Assembly: GCA_013239625.1 (NCBI GenBank)
Contig: MU054187.1
Span: forward strand, 20,490,897-20,554,896
Length of the DNA stretch: 64,000 nucleotides
Reading direction: 5' to 3'
From: Lama guanicoe
Lineage: Eukaryota
In this document: positions 12,962 to 26,060 of the stretch, piece by piece
Layout: each line of letters begins with the position of its first letter
Position numbering within the stretch: the first letter of the stretch is position 1
Notes under the pieces: model-generated
What the model saw: only the letters and a program-made list of their open reading frames with translations
What the model was told of the DNA's origin: nothing
Database searches by the model: none
Program-made: the position numbers and the translations under genes

Positions 12962-13740
12962 GAGAATTTCTGCTTCTGGCCAAGATGGCATTATATAGAC
13001 TAGATTTACCCTCTCATTTTTAGCAACCTAAAAAAGCAGAAAACATATTTGAGACAATGACTACCCAAACACTAGATATCAGGTGACAAAGTATAGTGAT
13101 CCCTGAAAGACAGGGAACAAATCATGTGAACTTTATGACTGCCCAAGATTATTTTCTTAAAGGAGTTTCCAGGCTCTGGCACAAAGTGAGGGAACCCAAG
13201 TGGATCTGGGCAGATCCCCGAATTGAGGAAACCAGAGCTGAGAATCCAAGGAGACCAAGACGACTGGCGTTTTCAAGCCAGAACATCAGAGAGGAAAGAG
13301 TTGCATAAAGAAAAAACCCCATATATCTGCAGAAGGTTCCTTCTCCCTTGAGAATTCTGGTGAGTACTGATCAGCAAACACACATGAGAAAACTTAATGC
13401 TTAAGAATTACCAATAAGGATTAAGGGTAGCTAACCCTGACACTCACCAGGGCTATGAATAGGGCTTATTTCCACAGGAAGGCCGGAAATCCTCATAATG
13501 TATGAGATACCCCAAGGGGTTGTCTCAGTAGTGGAGAATAATTAATTCTAGGCTAGACATGTCTTTGGTCCTGCCTGAGAAACTTTAAAAGCAGTAAGCA
13601 AAGTGATCAAGTGTCTTAACTGTGTCCCATAACATAACATCAAATGAAATTAAAATCATCTGGAATCCAAAAATACCAAGAATCTATAGAGCAGTAACAT
13701 ATGACCATAATGAGAATAGAAGTAAATGAATTGAAACTGA
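12962..13740 (+). mobile_element. Ancient L1M (MC/MD/ME class) 5'-UTR fragment
   Basis: starts 'cttctggccaagatgg' (YY1-type CAAGATGG), then 'agatttaccctc', 'agtgatccctgaaagacagggaacaaa', 'gagtttccaggc'. Confidence 0.7.
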
Positions 13741-14305
13741 CATTCTGTTTTCTACTTTGGTCGCTAAACTCTATATTTTAATGATTTATCCCTATTGCTA
13801 TCTTACATATACTGTTTCTCCTGTTATATAATGCATTCTAGTGCCCATCTACAATGCAATGTCTACCATTTTTCTCTGATAGAAAACCATCACCAAGTTA
13901 CTACCACCACAAACAAGGCTGAAATTAATACCATTGTATATACAATTTTGTTTGTCTGTTCCAAGATTGCTCCTTGGTTCTCAGTAATCTAGTCTCACAA
14001 AGAAATTATTCTTCATGTGTATTTCTTCAATGCATTCATTTTAAACTCTTCACTCCAGAGCTCTCTTTCACCCAGTGTCTTAAATATCTCAATATATAAT
14101 CAAAGCTAGGAACCCCTTATGGTGGTATAAGACTTTGAGAATTTTTCTCAACGAAAATAGAAGGTAACTATATGCCAAATCTGATTTTCTCCAACAGTTT
14201 TGTCAAAACCAGAAGAAAAACATGAATCCAAAGTTAACTCATGGTAAACTTAAAATGTGTCATTTACAAAGAAGGTAGTAAATTCAATCAAAATACTGCA
14301 GTGAG

Positions 14306-14765
14306 TCCATCAATAGGTGACTGGATAAAGAAGATGTGGTATATTTATACAATGGAATACTACTCAGCCATAAAAACCGACAACATAACGCCATTTGCAG
14401 CAACATGGATGCTCCGAGAGAATGTCATTCTAAGTGAAGTAAGCCAGAAAGAGAAAGAAAAATACCATATGAGATCGCTCATATGTGGAATCTAAAGACT
14501 CATGGACAGAGAATACAGACTTGTGGTTACCAGGGGGGTAGAGGGTGGGAAGGGATAGACTGGGATTTCAAAATTGTAGAATAGATAAACAAGATTACAC
14601 TGTATAGCACAGGGAAATATACACAAAATGTTATGATAAATCACAGAGGAAAAAAATGTGACAATGAGTGTGTATATGTCCATGAATGACTGAAAAATTG
14701 TGCTGAACACTGGAATTTGACACAACATTGTAAAATGATTATAAATCAATAAAAAATGTTAAAAA
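14306..14765 (+). mobile_element. Young camelid-type L1, 5'-truncated, 16-bp TSD
   Basis: ORF2 end WIKKMWYIYTMEYYSAIK..ILSEVSQKEKEKY; perfect TSD aaaatactgcagtgag at 14290-14305 and 14766-14781. Confidence 0.95.
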
Positions 14766-14780
14766 AAAATACTGCAGTGA

Positions 14781-14920
14781 GGGGGATGGTGTAGCTCACT
14801 GATAGAATGTGTGCTTAGTATGCACGAGGTCCTGGGTTCAATCCCCAGTACCTCCATAAAGTAAGTAAGTAAATAAATAAATAAATCTACTTACTTCCTG
14901 AAAAATTAAAAAAGAAAAAT
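14781..14920 (+). mobile_element. tRNA-Ala-derived SINE (Vic-1-like)
   Basis: gggggatggtgtagctcactgatagaatgtgtgcttagtatgcacgaggtcctgggttcaatccccagtacctcc (A and B boxes), then (taaa)n linker and A tail. Confidence 0.9.
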
Positions 14921-15443
14921 TACAAGAACAACTAATGTGTAAAGGGCTTAAATAATCTACGAGAAAAGGGTGATGCTGAAAATTATCTTTGTGAAGGATA
15001 TTTACTATTTCTGTGTTCTGCAGCTAAACTCAAATTTATGTTATGCTCTATATTTTTAATATCTTTCATGATAAAATTTACAAAAAAAGTATTCCCAGTC
15101 AAGAGGGAAACTGTCGTCTTTTCTTCATTTTGCAAATGTTTCTCACAATTATGGAAATTGCCTTCAAAATTCATTTAATATTCATATTGGAATAAAGCAT
15201 CTGTTGTGGCAGATGGGGCAAATGACATCAAGTTCAGCTGTTTAAATAACCCTTAAGGATCAATGTGTGGTTTACAAAAATAATTTGTAATTCATTTTGG
15301 ATTAATTAATTTGAATTTATTGTGTTCCATAATGGCATACTGCAGCTGCTCCCAGCATTGAATTGATTGTTTTCAACTGGTTACTTCTCCTAAAACATGA
15401 GTTTTGACATCAAGAAGAAACTGCTCCCTATTATTCATTCTTT

Positions 15444-15594
15444 TTTTTAATTAAATTCTTTTTGGGGGGCAAGGGTTAGACTTTATTTATTTAATGAATG
15501 GAGATACTGGGGATTGAACCCAGGCCCTCATGCATGCTAAGCAGGGGGCTCTACCACTGAGCTATACCATCCCCCAACCCGTCTACCCCCCACC
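15444..15594 (-). mobile_element. tRNA-Ala-derived SINE (Vic-1-like), 14-bp TSD
   Basis: reverse strand has tatagctcagtggtagag and gggttcaatcccc; TSD attattcattcttt at 15430-15443 and 15595-15608. Confidence 0.92.
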
Positions 15595-16501
15595 ATTATT
15601 CATTCTTTATCTTTAGCAATAAACACAATCTTCGAAACAATCTGAAAAGATAGCATACCTGAATGTGACAACTTATTTGCATAATTATCTAGAGATTTAA
15701 ATTTCTATACTGTGAAATTTCATCAATTCAAATGCAGCAGAAATAGATACAGATACAAAAGAGTTTATTCAAATATCTCTGAATACATGTTTTTTTTTTC
15801 TTTCCCCATTGACCTCCATCCCTTTACAAGACGTGGAGAAAAATAAATGTGTATTTTGCACTAACAATAAAAAGACCTAAGGCAATTTAATTCAATTTTT
15901 GGATGACGTTTAAGAGGAATAATAGCTATAATTTAGCTCAAGATTTGTAAGATACAACTGCAATCAGATGTAAAAAAGATACTTTCTTGACTCTTGTGAG
16001 AATGCATTATTAGAGCCACTTTTCAATCTTCATTGGCAGAAGTTAAAATCTTCACAAAATTCACTGAAAATTATTTGTACATTATAATTTAACTAATTTT
16101 TTAAAAAAGAGTTCTGCCGTATAAAAGAAATAATTTGACTATTGGTTGAATGTTCATAATAATTATTGGTTGGACTCTGCAATGAATTTTTTCACATTTT
16201 TATTACACATTTTTGGCAGCACTTGTTTTGCCTTTTTTCTTCCTCCCTCTATTTTGTACTTCTATTTAAAACATAGAAATAATTTAGTAGATCAATTCCC
16301 GGCACGGTAAATATTTGAGTAAAATGGGGGAAAAAAAAAAGATGTTTCAATATCTAGCAGTATTAAAATTTACCTCTGATAATTCTCTTGTGAGGACATT
16401 CTCAGAATATTCCAAGCAGACAGTAATCATAAATGCAGGCAAGTATATCAGTTAGTGGTTCACCCAATAGCACAAAGGGGGCAAAAAGAAGTTCACCATA
16501 C

Positions 16502-17140
16502 TGATGCAGGAAAACAGACGTGGGCTGTGAGGAGGGCTGAGTCCCAGGTCTCGGTTGAGCCCCTGGGACGTGCCCCACCAGGTGTGGGTCCTTGGCTTCA
16601 TAAGGAAAGAATTCAAGTGCGAGCCACCATTGAGCAAAGGTAGATTTATTTAGAGAGCTACATACTGCATAGAGTGTAAGGCGAGAGAAAGGCAAGGAAA
16701 GAGGTGTGGAAATTAGGTGCTCAGGTTAAAGTAAAGTAGGTACACGCTCCAGAGACAGAGTGTGTGCCGTTTCCAAAGAGGAAGGAGAGAAAAAGGGCCG
16801 TTAGGCGTGGTGTTGCCAGTTTTTATGGGCTCAGTAGCTTCACACACCTACAGGTGGCACCATTCCAGCTCCCCTGGGGAAGGGGCTGAGATTGCCGGGA
16901 ATTGGGCCACCGCCCATTCTTTGGCCTTTTTCTGTTGTCCTTGGGGCTGCCTTGGTGCCTGCGGGCATGTTACTTATCATGCTAATGTTACAATGAGCAT
17001 ATAATGAGGCTCAAGTTCTACTAGAAGTCAAGCCTCTGGCCAGCTTAATCCTCAAGGCCAACTGAGAGTTGAAGCTTCCACCAGTTAAACTGCTGTCATT
17101 CCTTGAGTGGCTGTGCCCTGCCCCCTTCCATCCTGTCTCA
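16502..17140 (-). mobile_element. ERV1-type solo LTR (~640 bp)
   Basis: TG...CA ends, GC-rich body, minus-strand AATAAA at 16645-16650, 4-bp flanks atac/aaac. Confidence 0.85.
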
Positions 17141-17999
17141 AAACCGATATAATCACCATCGTTTGAACAGTCACAGTCTTGTTACTCACAAAGCCCACAG
17201 GGCTACTGGAAGCGTGTGTGTATTTTTTATTTGGGGGGGCAGGGTTATGGAATTCATGTCTGTCCTGAGAGAGGCCCTTTCAGAGAATCCCAGTCCCTTT
17301 ATCATAAAGCTGCACAGGAAAACAACTCCCAGCTCCTTGTAACCAAGCTTATTCAATCATGTAGACTTCATTTTCTTCACATAGTTTTCTTTTAGTTATG
17401 TTCTTTTATCCTATAATGAAAAGGTATTAGAATGAGTGTCCAAATCAAGAGTAAATCACCAGTACCTCTGACTTATGCTGGAGGTGGATGAGAATTACTG
17501 ATCTCAGAAGATACTGCTTTACAATTAAGATGGTTCTTGGTGTCAGACCAATCATAATTACTCTGCTGTGGTTTTCCAAAGACTGGGTTATTCCCATTCT
17601 TTGTTAATCACTGCTAGTGTTGCTAAACTCTCCTGCGCCCACACACACAGTTTTTATATGCGTTCTTCGGCTAGGTCTTTGCTTGTTGATCTCAAACACT
17701 GCACAGTTGTGTGGGTATATTCAGCTGTTAAATGCTGGCTTACATTTTTATCTAGTTCCTCATTGCATCTTCTAACATTCTCTAGAGCAAATTTTCTAAA
17801 TTTTCACTACTCTCCTAGAGTTTTAACATTAATGGTTCTCTTAAAGATCCTCTTTGGTCCTATTTAGAGAAAAAATTATATATAATGCGGCTGTAAACTT
17901 GGCTTAGAACATATACTTTACACATAAAATGGTCTTTCTATTCAAGTACACATAAATCACACAGGAAATTTTGTTATATTTCAGATCACAAAATGAATC

Positions 18000-18860
18000 T
18001 AATAAAAGCCTCAAATCTAGTCAAAATGCATATAACATTCATTTACAACAATTCAATAAAATATCTAAATGGATAAGACAAAATGGGCCAAGATTATGAG
18101 CAGACAATTGAAAAAGAAAGAACTACAAATGCCTAAGAATCAGATACAAATATCTTCAACCTCCACAGTCATCTAGGAAGTTAAGGAAACAAAGAAATAG
18201 TGGTATTTCTACCATTAGAATGGTATAAATTTAAAATAAAAATATGTCAATCACATTCAAGGTTGGTGAGAATGTGAAGAGACAAGTAATTCTATAGACT
18301 TTGGCAGAAGCAAAAATTTATAGCGCCTTTAAAAGATCATTTGGTGGTATCTGTTGTGTACACCCTTTAACTCAGCAGTTCTGTTATGAGTCCCCTTTCT
18401 AGAGAAAGCTCATTACAGATTTGTACATATTAATAAGTAACTAGAAGTAACCAAATGATCACCAGTAGAATTGTTAAATGAGCTACTGCCATCTTATGGA
18501 ATATTATGCAGTGATCAGAAAGTAATAAATGGACTGACAGGGAATGATCTCCATGGAATGTTTTTACATGATAGGAAAGTCATGGAATGGTGCATGTGAC
18601 CTGATCCTATTCATGAAAAATAATACACACACATAATGGAAAATTATGCAAACATATATAAGTATACGTTTTCTGTACATGTATATAAGTACACATACAT
18701 ATATCAATGACAAATAAATATATTGGAAGAAAAAAAATCTAGAAAGATAAACAGAGCAGACAATGGTGATTATCTCTGGGGAAGGGATAGTATAAAATTG
18801 GCTAATAGGAGAAAAGGGGTAGGGGCTCAGAAAAAGGTGCAATTTTAAATACAATTTTCA
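18000..18860 (+). mobile_element. Ancient L1ME-type ORF2 C-terminus/3'UTR
   Basis: 'aaatgggccaagattatgagcagacaatt', 'ggttggtgagaatgtgaag', 'ccctttaactcagcagttc', 'ggtgattatctctgggg'. Confidence 0.7.
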
Positions 18861-19778
18861 AAGAAATATAAAAAATGAAATAATGGGACTTTGACTCAGA
18901 AAAAGATATCTGAAACATGAATCAGAGAGAAAGAGAGGTGCATTGATTGTTTCCTTGAAACTCCTTATGCATTGGCTGGTACCCGTGCTTAAAATGAGTG
19001 ATACCTTCCCGATTCCCTGCAGCAGAAGATCTGTCACTGTTGAGTGACAACAATTGTTTCCTGGCACAGGAAGGCTTGCATGTGTAAATGTCACTGCCCC
19101 TCTTCATCTGCTAGGACTTAGAGAAACAGCTACTCTCCCTGGACCAGACTAACAGGTCAGTGATCAAGCACAATTTTAATAAGCAAATTCCTAAACTTGA
19201 AGGAAGTATAATACTGGCACATGCAAAATAAGAAAAAGTTCTTTGTTTATTTTAAATAAAATAATCAGATTGGAATAAATCTCCATCAGGAATATCAAGT
19301 CATATTATTTTCTACCAGAACACCAGTTCTGAACATAAAACAGCTGTCTCTCATTTTGTTTCCTTGCCTATTCCAGATGCAGATAAAGGTCAGCAATGAT
19401 TATTCTAGAAACAGGGGGAGTGATTTAGAAGGTCCAAATACTTTACTAAGAACCCACTAGGAATATCTGACTTTCATGTGTGGCGTAGCTATTGCGTTTC
19501 TGGATTGACAGATACCTGTTTCTTGTGCAAATGCCTGCCGGTTGGGATGGTTACTTTCGCTTTTAGTAAAACCATGTAAACAAGAAGAAACAAACTGCAT
19601 GGTCTGAAGGAGAGGGATTAGGTCAAACAGTGAAACCAAATCTCGACCCTTAGTGATGAGGCAGAAATTAGAAACGAAGGTCTCCCTGCTGTGATTTACT
19701 TAATTTTTCCTGAAAGTATTCTATATCGAACGCCAACTGTTAACCACATTTGCTGAAAAGGTCCCTTGCCCTTTATGC

Positions 19779-19813
19779 TAAAAAAAAATAAATAAAATAA
19801 AATAAAATAAAAT
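19779..19813 (+). repeat. A-run/(AAAAT)n
   Basis: directly visible. Confidence 0.85.
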
Positions 19814-21150
19814 ACAAAGTATATTATTTCAAAAGATCAGACATAACAAAGAATACATAGTATCCCAAAGAATATTGCCTATGATCTGAATTTCAGTGTG
19901 CACACAATGGAAACTTTTGAAGCTGTAGAATTAAAGATGGTTTATTCAATCCGAAAGTCCTTAGATCAGTTGCAAAGCAGCTCTATTTTGCAAGATTCAT
20001 TCCTCGACAAACACCATTGCTACTGCAAGAAAGTGTTCTCCAGCCAACAGTTCTGGCAATCTTTAACCAGGACCTTTCTTGACATTACCAGCTAATTATT
20101 AGAAATAGTTACAACATTATCACTTCTACTTGAGAATTTGACGCTAGTGTCATTTTGGGGTAAATAATCATTATTTAACTCGATTTTTGCTTCTCTGAAT
20201 TTGAACATGCTGGGACAAATCACAATAAGCTACCCTTCAACCCTTCTTTCAGGAAAATAAACATTATTTAAAATATATTTCCTGTTCTAACCTTTTCCAC
20301 ATACTCAGTTTATCTATGTGCTTTTCATGTGAATGTCCTTTATCCTAGAAGTTAAAGTCAATGTTTTAAACTTAGGTACAAATCTCTCAGAGGCAAGTCA
20401 TCTCTTTAGGACTTGCCAAGGTCTTTAGACCAAACACCTGCTAAATTTTCTTTGTTGTACCCCTGTATGGATAATGGAATAACATTTTTCAATGATCTCT
20501 TTTGAAGATCCAACAACAGGCATAAGTAACTCCATTCACTAGTCCCTCCTGATAACAACTTTGTTCTTTTTAGTATTTTAAAAATAACTCAAAGCACAGT
20601 TTTTTTTTTAAATTCTCGGTTTCAGAAATAAATTTCGTCTTCTCCAGCATATACATTTTTTTTAAATATCATCTTCACAGCTACATATGCTTTTTTAATA
20701 GAGTTCAACTTAGTTATATATCCTCAAAGATCAATATAATAAAATTATCCATTTATAATATGTAGCCTCAGTTGGGTTTTTACCAAGTTTACTTTCTCTA
20801 ATGATTGTGAGGAAATGAAAATAACCAAAAGTCATATTATTAAAATAAGAAAAGAGGATGAAATTTCGAACATACTCATTGGTCATCTTACATCAGTTAC
20901 TTCAAAATATCTTAAAATCACCACCCCATAGTTTGTCACTTCACAAAAAATATTGCTCCATTCCCAGTTTCCTTTATGTGTTTCCTTTTCATCACCAAAA
21001 CTCCTAATGTCTGTCTATTTTAATCTTTCATTGCTTAACAAAATTTCTAGCCCTCATTTTAATATGCTAAAATTTCGTTATTATAGAAGAACTGTATCAG
21101 ATCAGTATTCCATTGTCATATTCATTTATTATGAAGTATGTGTGTAAAAT

Positions 21151-22196
21151 TGTTGCTGCAAAACCAGCCTTTGCACCCTAATAGAAGTTGTCAGTGAGAG
21201 ATTCTTGTCTTATAGCAAAAAAAGAATTCAGAAACAAGACATTGAAGTCAAGAAAGCAAAGCAAGGATTTATTAAGGGATCGATAGTACGCTGCCAAGGA
21301 AAGACCCAGGCGGGTAGCTGCCCTGAGTTTCCTTGGCAAGCTGCGTATATGGGTGTAAAAATGAATGGGCAGAATGTTCATTGGCAGGGTCATCCTTCCT
21401 GGTCTTCATCCCATCTCCACCTTCCCAGGTGGGGAGGAGGGATTTTTTGTCCTTATTTAGTCTCAATTGGGAAGTTGGATGGGGTCATAATGAACAAAAT
21501 TTTACATTTGGATGGAAGTCATAATGATCAAAAGGTTACATTAAGATGGTGTGGATTCCTGTCCTGTCCCACCCTTCTGCCTCCAGGACGCTTGTCAACC
21601 CAGAAGGTATTTTTCAATTAGTCCAGAGGATCCTGTTCTTCTTGGTCTGTCGAAGGACCCCTGCTGTTCACAAGATGTATAGTTTTCTGCCATTTGGCCC
21701 ATATCCCCCTTTCTCTGCTCATATCTAGCTACTTGCCTGCTCTAACAGAGCCAGACTGAGACTCAGAGGCAGAGTTTTGGGAGAAAAAGAACAGCTTTAT
21801 TGTTTTTCCAGGCAAAGGAGAGTCAATGCAGGCTCAGGCCTTAGAGACTATGAATACATTTTTGGAGGCAGGATCTTGACATTTTATAGGGAAAAAACAA
21901 AAACAAAAAAACCTGGATGGATCAGAAAAGGTAATAAATAAATCAGGACACTTTACAAGGTGTTGCTACATTCCCCTTAACCTTGATGGATCTTTCTGGC
22001 ATCATGTCATGGGGGAACTGCAGAAGGTCTACCTATTTTTCTGAGATTATCAGCTCATTACCTTGTTCCTGGTTAAAGCTATCAAATGTTTGTGGGTTGC
22101 TTAGCCTAAAAAGCAGTAAGGGAGAGAAAGCAAATTGCAGGATTTCTTAGTCAGAAAGAATCAGTAGACAGTTTTAGCATCAGGGATGTTGGTTCA
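21151..22196 (-). mobile_element. Outer ERV1-type LTR, interrupted near its end by a second LTR
   Basis: begins tgttgctgcaaaaccagcc, resumes at 21748 'gagccagactgagactcagaggcagagttttgggagaaaaagaacagctttattg' (minus-strand AATAAA 21796-21801); right boundary approximate. Confidence 0.6.
21189..21747 (-). mobile_element. Inner ERV1-type solo LTR (~560 bp)
   Basis: tgtcagtgagagattc...gcctgctctaaca; own minus-strand AATAAA at 21268-21273; 'aaagaattca' U5-side motif shared with the 16502 LTR. Confidence 0.7.
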
Positions 22197-23636
22197 TTTT
22201 CTCCTCCTTCAAAGTGTTATTTATTATTGTATAGATATTACCTTTTTTTTTTTTAATTTTGAGGGAAGCATTTACTTTCTTGGCTATAACCTTATTATGA
22301 CACATTTTCAGTCGCTCACCAATTTGAGGGAAGCAAATTGGGATGGCTTTTATTTTTTCCATTTAAGTTGTCTCTTTTGGTCCCTTAGCTGTCCTCAAGC
22401 TTTTAGATTTCTACCATCAATAATCTTTTAACATACTGACAGAGGAAGCTATCAAGAGGTATTTTTATCTCTCCTTATATGATTTCATTTATTATGTGCT
22501 GTGATGTAGCTGCAGTAATATGCTTGTGCATCATCTCAGCTTTGCACTGAACTGAAGGAAAAAAAGAGACCCCAAACCAGTAGAAATATTTCCATATTCC
22601 ATTCCATTACCTAGTGAAGACATTAAATGTAAAAGCTCTCCGTTGCTTAAGATACTGATGTGCCACGTTACTCAGATGGAGCAGAATACAATTTCACCCT
22701 AATAAGATCTTCGTGTGAAAAATGTATCTATTTCTTTCAACACATATAAGTTCTACTCCAGAAGCTGGATTTTAATAAGTATTTAATAAGAAATTTCCAG
22801 ACTCCTGCAAATAGAGCTTAATAACATTAAAACACCAAATTTTATAATTCGCATTTTTGTTATGGAAGCACTCATCATTACATTTTTGTTACCACACACA
22901 CAAATCAGTACCTATGATCATTAGCTATAAGTATTGAAAACTGACATGAACTGGAAAGTAAAAACTGTTGTTAACATATTTATAATCAATTATTTATTGA
23001 GTACTCATTTATTTGAGAACAATAGCTTCTGTAAACTATATTCTCTTCTTTGATTCGTGTTTGTGTACTTTGAACTAAGACTCGACAAATCCAGAAAAAT
23101 TAGGCAGAGAACATTGAGATAGCCAGCAATTTTAATTTTTAGTATAACAAAGCTCTGAATTATTGTTGTATGACTACATATTATTAAAAATTATATATTT
23201 ATTCTCATCCTCAATGGACTTACTTACTCCCTAACAGGGAAAACATGGGACACATTTCAGATTATTTTGCCAGAAAGAGGTGATTTGAACTCACTGAAAC
23301 TGTGATCACACACATAATTGGTGCACTTAGTTCAGGAAAACAGAAGAGATGCTTTCTGAACCACATGAACACAACAGGCTACAGGAAATAATTTGAGGAC
23401 CCCAGAGACTCATACGGTACGTCAATTTTATCTTCAAATTCCCATTTTTCTCAATTTCTACTGCCAGGCTCATTTTTAGGTCACTACACAGCCGGTACTA
23501 TAATCCCTTCTATTTGGAGATCGTCAGACACACTCACTTTTTTTTTTCTCTTCCTCCATATTTTCTCTTGATCTTTCTTTTTCCTTTTCACTCTTCTACT
23601 CTCTTCAGCCCTTCCTTTAAAGAGCATAAAGAACAT

Positions 23637-23781
23637 GGGGAGGGTGTATCTCAATGGTAAAGTGCATGCTTAGTGTGCATAAAGTCCTGGGTTCAATCCC
23701 CAGTACCCCTATTAAAAGATAATTAAATAAATAAGCTTAATTACCTCCCCCCCCCACAAAAAAAGAAAGAGTGCCTTAAGA
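23637..23781 (+). mobile_element. tRNA-Ala-derived SINE (Vic-1-like), TSD of at least 13 bp
   Basis: ggggagggtgtatctcaatggtaaag...cctgggttcaatccccagtacc...aattacctcccccc; TSD agcataaagaaca at 23623-23635 and 23782-23794. Confidence 0.92.
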
Positions 23782-25329
23782 AGCATAAAGAACAGCATGA
23801 TATGTGTGTTCTTTTCTAATGGAAGAGACCCACAGGTAAGCAGGGATGGTCTGATTTATGCTAAAAGAACTTGGGATAAACACATGTCTCTCTCTGCGTG
23901 TTTCTAGAGGAGCTCTAAATACAAACAAGAAAAGGAAGAACATCAGTTGAAAAACAAGTTTTATAATTCATTCCCATTACTGCCAACATCTACCTATCAT
24001 TTCTCAATTATCTTATCAACCATCTATCGTCTGACATTTAGTCCATCACTGCAGCATGTATTATGTGTCCTCCTTTCCTTCTGGCCACTCATCACACACC
24101 AGTCATCTCCTCATCACTTTCACTAATAGATTTACTTACTGGGGATTGTCTAAACATGCTTTCCTGATATTTTAATCACTATAAAAAGTTTTCTTTTCAT
24201 TTAAACATAATTTTCTGTACATCTACAAATGTGGATGTGCTTTGTTCTAGAACCTACATTTTAAGGCTCTGTAATTTGTATTTATAGTATCTTATTATAC
24301 TGATAAAATGAATTGTATGCCAAAGTAAATGGATTATAACTATAAAATATAAATGTGCTAAAATGTACAATGTAAAAATGTACTAAATGGATCAAATTTT
24401 TCAAGTAACTATTTTTATAATCTTAAGCTTGATAAAGGAATTCCTCTTAGTTTTACATCTACAGGAGCAATGGCATGAATCATTTGCAACAGTTTCAAAC
24501 AATAGTTTATACTTACATAGAGGGGTGTTTGTCAAAGCACAGGGGAGTAGGTTCATGTGTTACAAATAACATTCTAGAACTGGTAAGTTATGTTGATTTC
24601 TGTATTTAAAAGAAATAATAGGCTGCATTTCCTAATGTAGATAAAATCTTACAGTGATAGGGATTGGCTAATTTTAGAGAGAAAAAAATCCTCAAAATCA
24701 CTCACACTGCTGGGGCTGGCAGTTTGAGTCAGTAAGATACTAAAGATACCAAACCATCCTTTTCTGTCACTGAGAACCTTTCTAAACAATGTAGGCAAAC
24801 AATGTGTGTTGCATTCATTACCACATGAACATGCTATTCAGGAACATGATACTTTACTGCATTAGATCGGCAAATGCTTGCTATTTTTAAGGCTTAGTTT
24901 CCAGTGCTTAGTCCCATAATTACTAGTTCTGATTATGGAAGTGATGTAAGTATTTTCTGGTGTGTTTATTTCAAATTTTGCCTAGGAGATGGCTTCTCTG
25001 CTAATTATATTAATCTTGTTAAACAATAAAAATCATAATCATATTCATTTATTCAGATGTAATGAATGAGAAAACTGGATATTCAATCCACTGGACTATA
25101 AAATGTTGAAGGAACATCTCTTACCAAAAAACTGAGTGTTTTGTTTTGAACACAGACCATCACTACATATCTAAGTAAGTATTTGACAATTTCCATTTCA
25201 ATGGAACCTACTGATGAGTGCTCCATAACACATCTCTCCTGAAAAAATGGGGTGCTTAAACGTATCAATTAACCATAAATTAACTGTTGGTGGACTAGCG
25301 GCTCTTCTCCCAAAGGTACAATCATCAGG

Positions 25330-25505
25330 GTAAAGGCGGAACCTACAGCCCACACACTTAGTGTCAGAGCCGGCTTTCAAAATCTGGTCCTAGATCCATC
25401 TCAGGTTTAACCTCTATGCTATGCTGCCTCCCTGAACCTTAGGTTTGCTCATTTGTTGCCAGAAATGAAATAATAGCTCCTACCTCTCCTGGTTTATAGT
25501 GAACT
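25330..25505. mobile_element. Two abutting MIR fragments in opposite orientation
   Basis: minus: 'agtgtcagagccggctttcaa...aacctctatgctatgctgcctcc'; plus: 'ctgaaccttaggtttgctcatttg...aataatagctcctacctc'. Confidence 0.55.
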
Positions 25506-25934
25506 TTTAGTAATATTTTCCCCCTAGGACACTGTTAAGCACATTGAAATAAACAAAGGTTAAACCAACTCTAATTTTGCTGTTAAAATAAACATCATGT
25601 TTTCAAGACACTTTATGTATATTCTTTGAGAGTCCCCATTATACATATACAAGCTGCTGAGTTGCAAAAAAGGCTTGTTTTTCTGAGCTCCCAAATATAT
25701 CTAGTGACACAATATCTGAGCTGTAGCTAAATATATTTACGCAGATTCCCACCTCTAAGTCTGTTTAGTTCCTAACCTCCGGGTAACTTTTCTGCCCTCA
25801 ATTCACATACACATAATATTCTTAACTTATTTTTTAATGCCTTTACTAAATTGCCTATTTTATAAAATCCACTTATATCTTCCACATAGTAATTGAATCT
25901 GATTCACTTTTCATACATTCCCTCACATTCTTAA

Positions 25935-26060
25935 TCTAGATTGCAATCACTTTGAAAACAGGATTCATATCATACACTGTGTTAGTTCTTTCATACAGCA
26001 TGTAGAACTGTGTCAGAAACGTAAGTGCCAAAATATTTTTCATAAGGGAACAAATGAACA
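25935..26060 (+). mobile_element. L2 3' end
   Basis: 'ctagattgcaatcactttgaaaacagg...tagaactgtgtcagaaacgtaagtgccaaaatatttt...aatgaa'. Confidence 0.5.

Noticed and set aside
14781..14856. Functional tRNA-Ala genes (also 15500-15575, 23637-23710, 26820-26896)
   Set aside because: The stems are mutated and each continues into the SINE linker and tail, three with clear TSDs; they are tRNA-derived SINEs.
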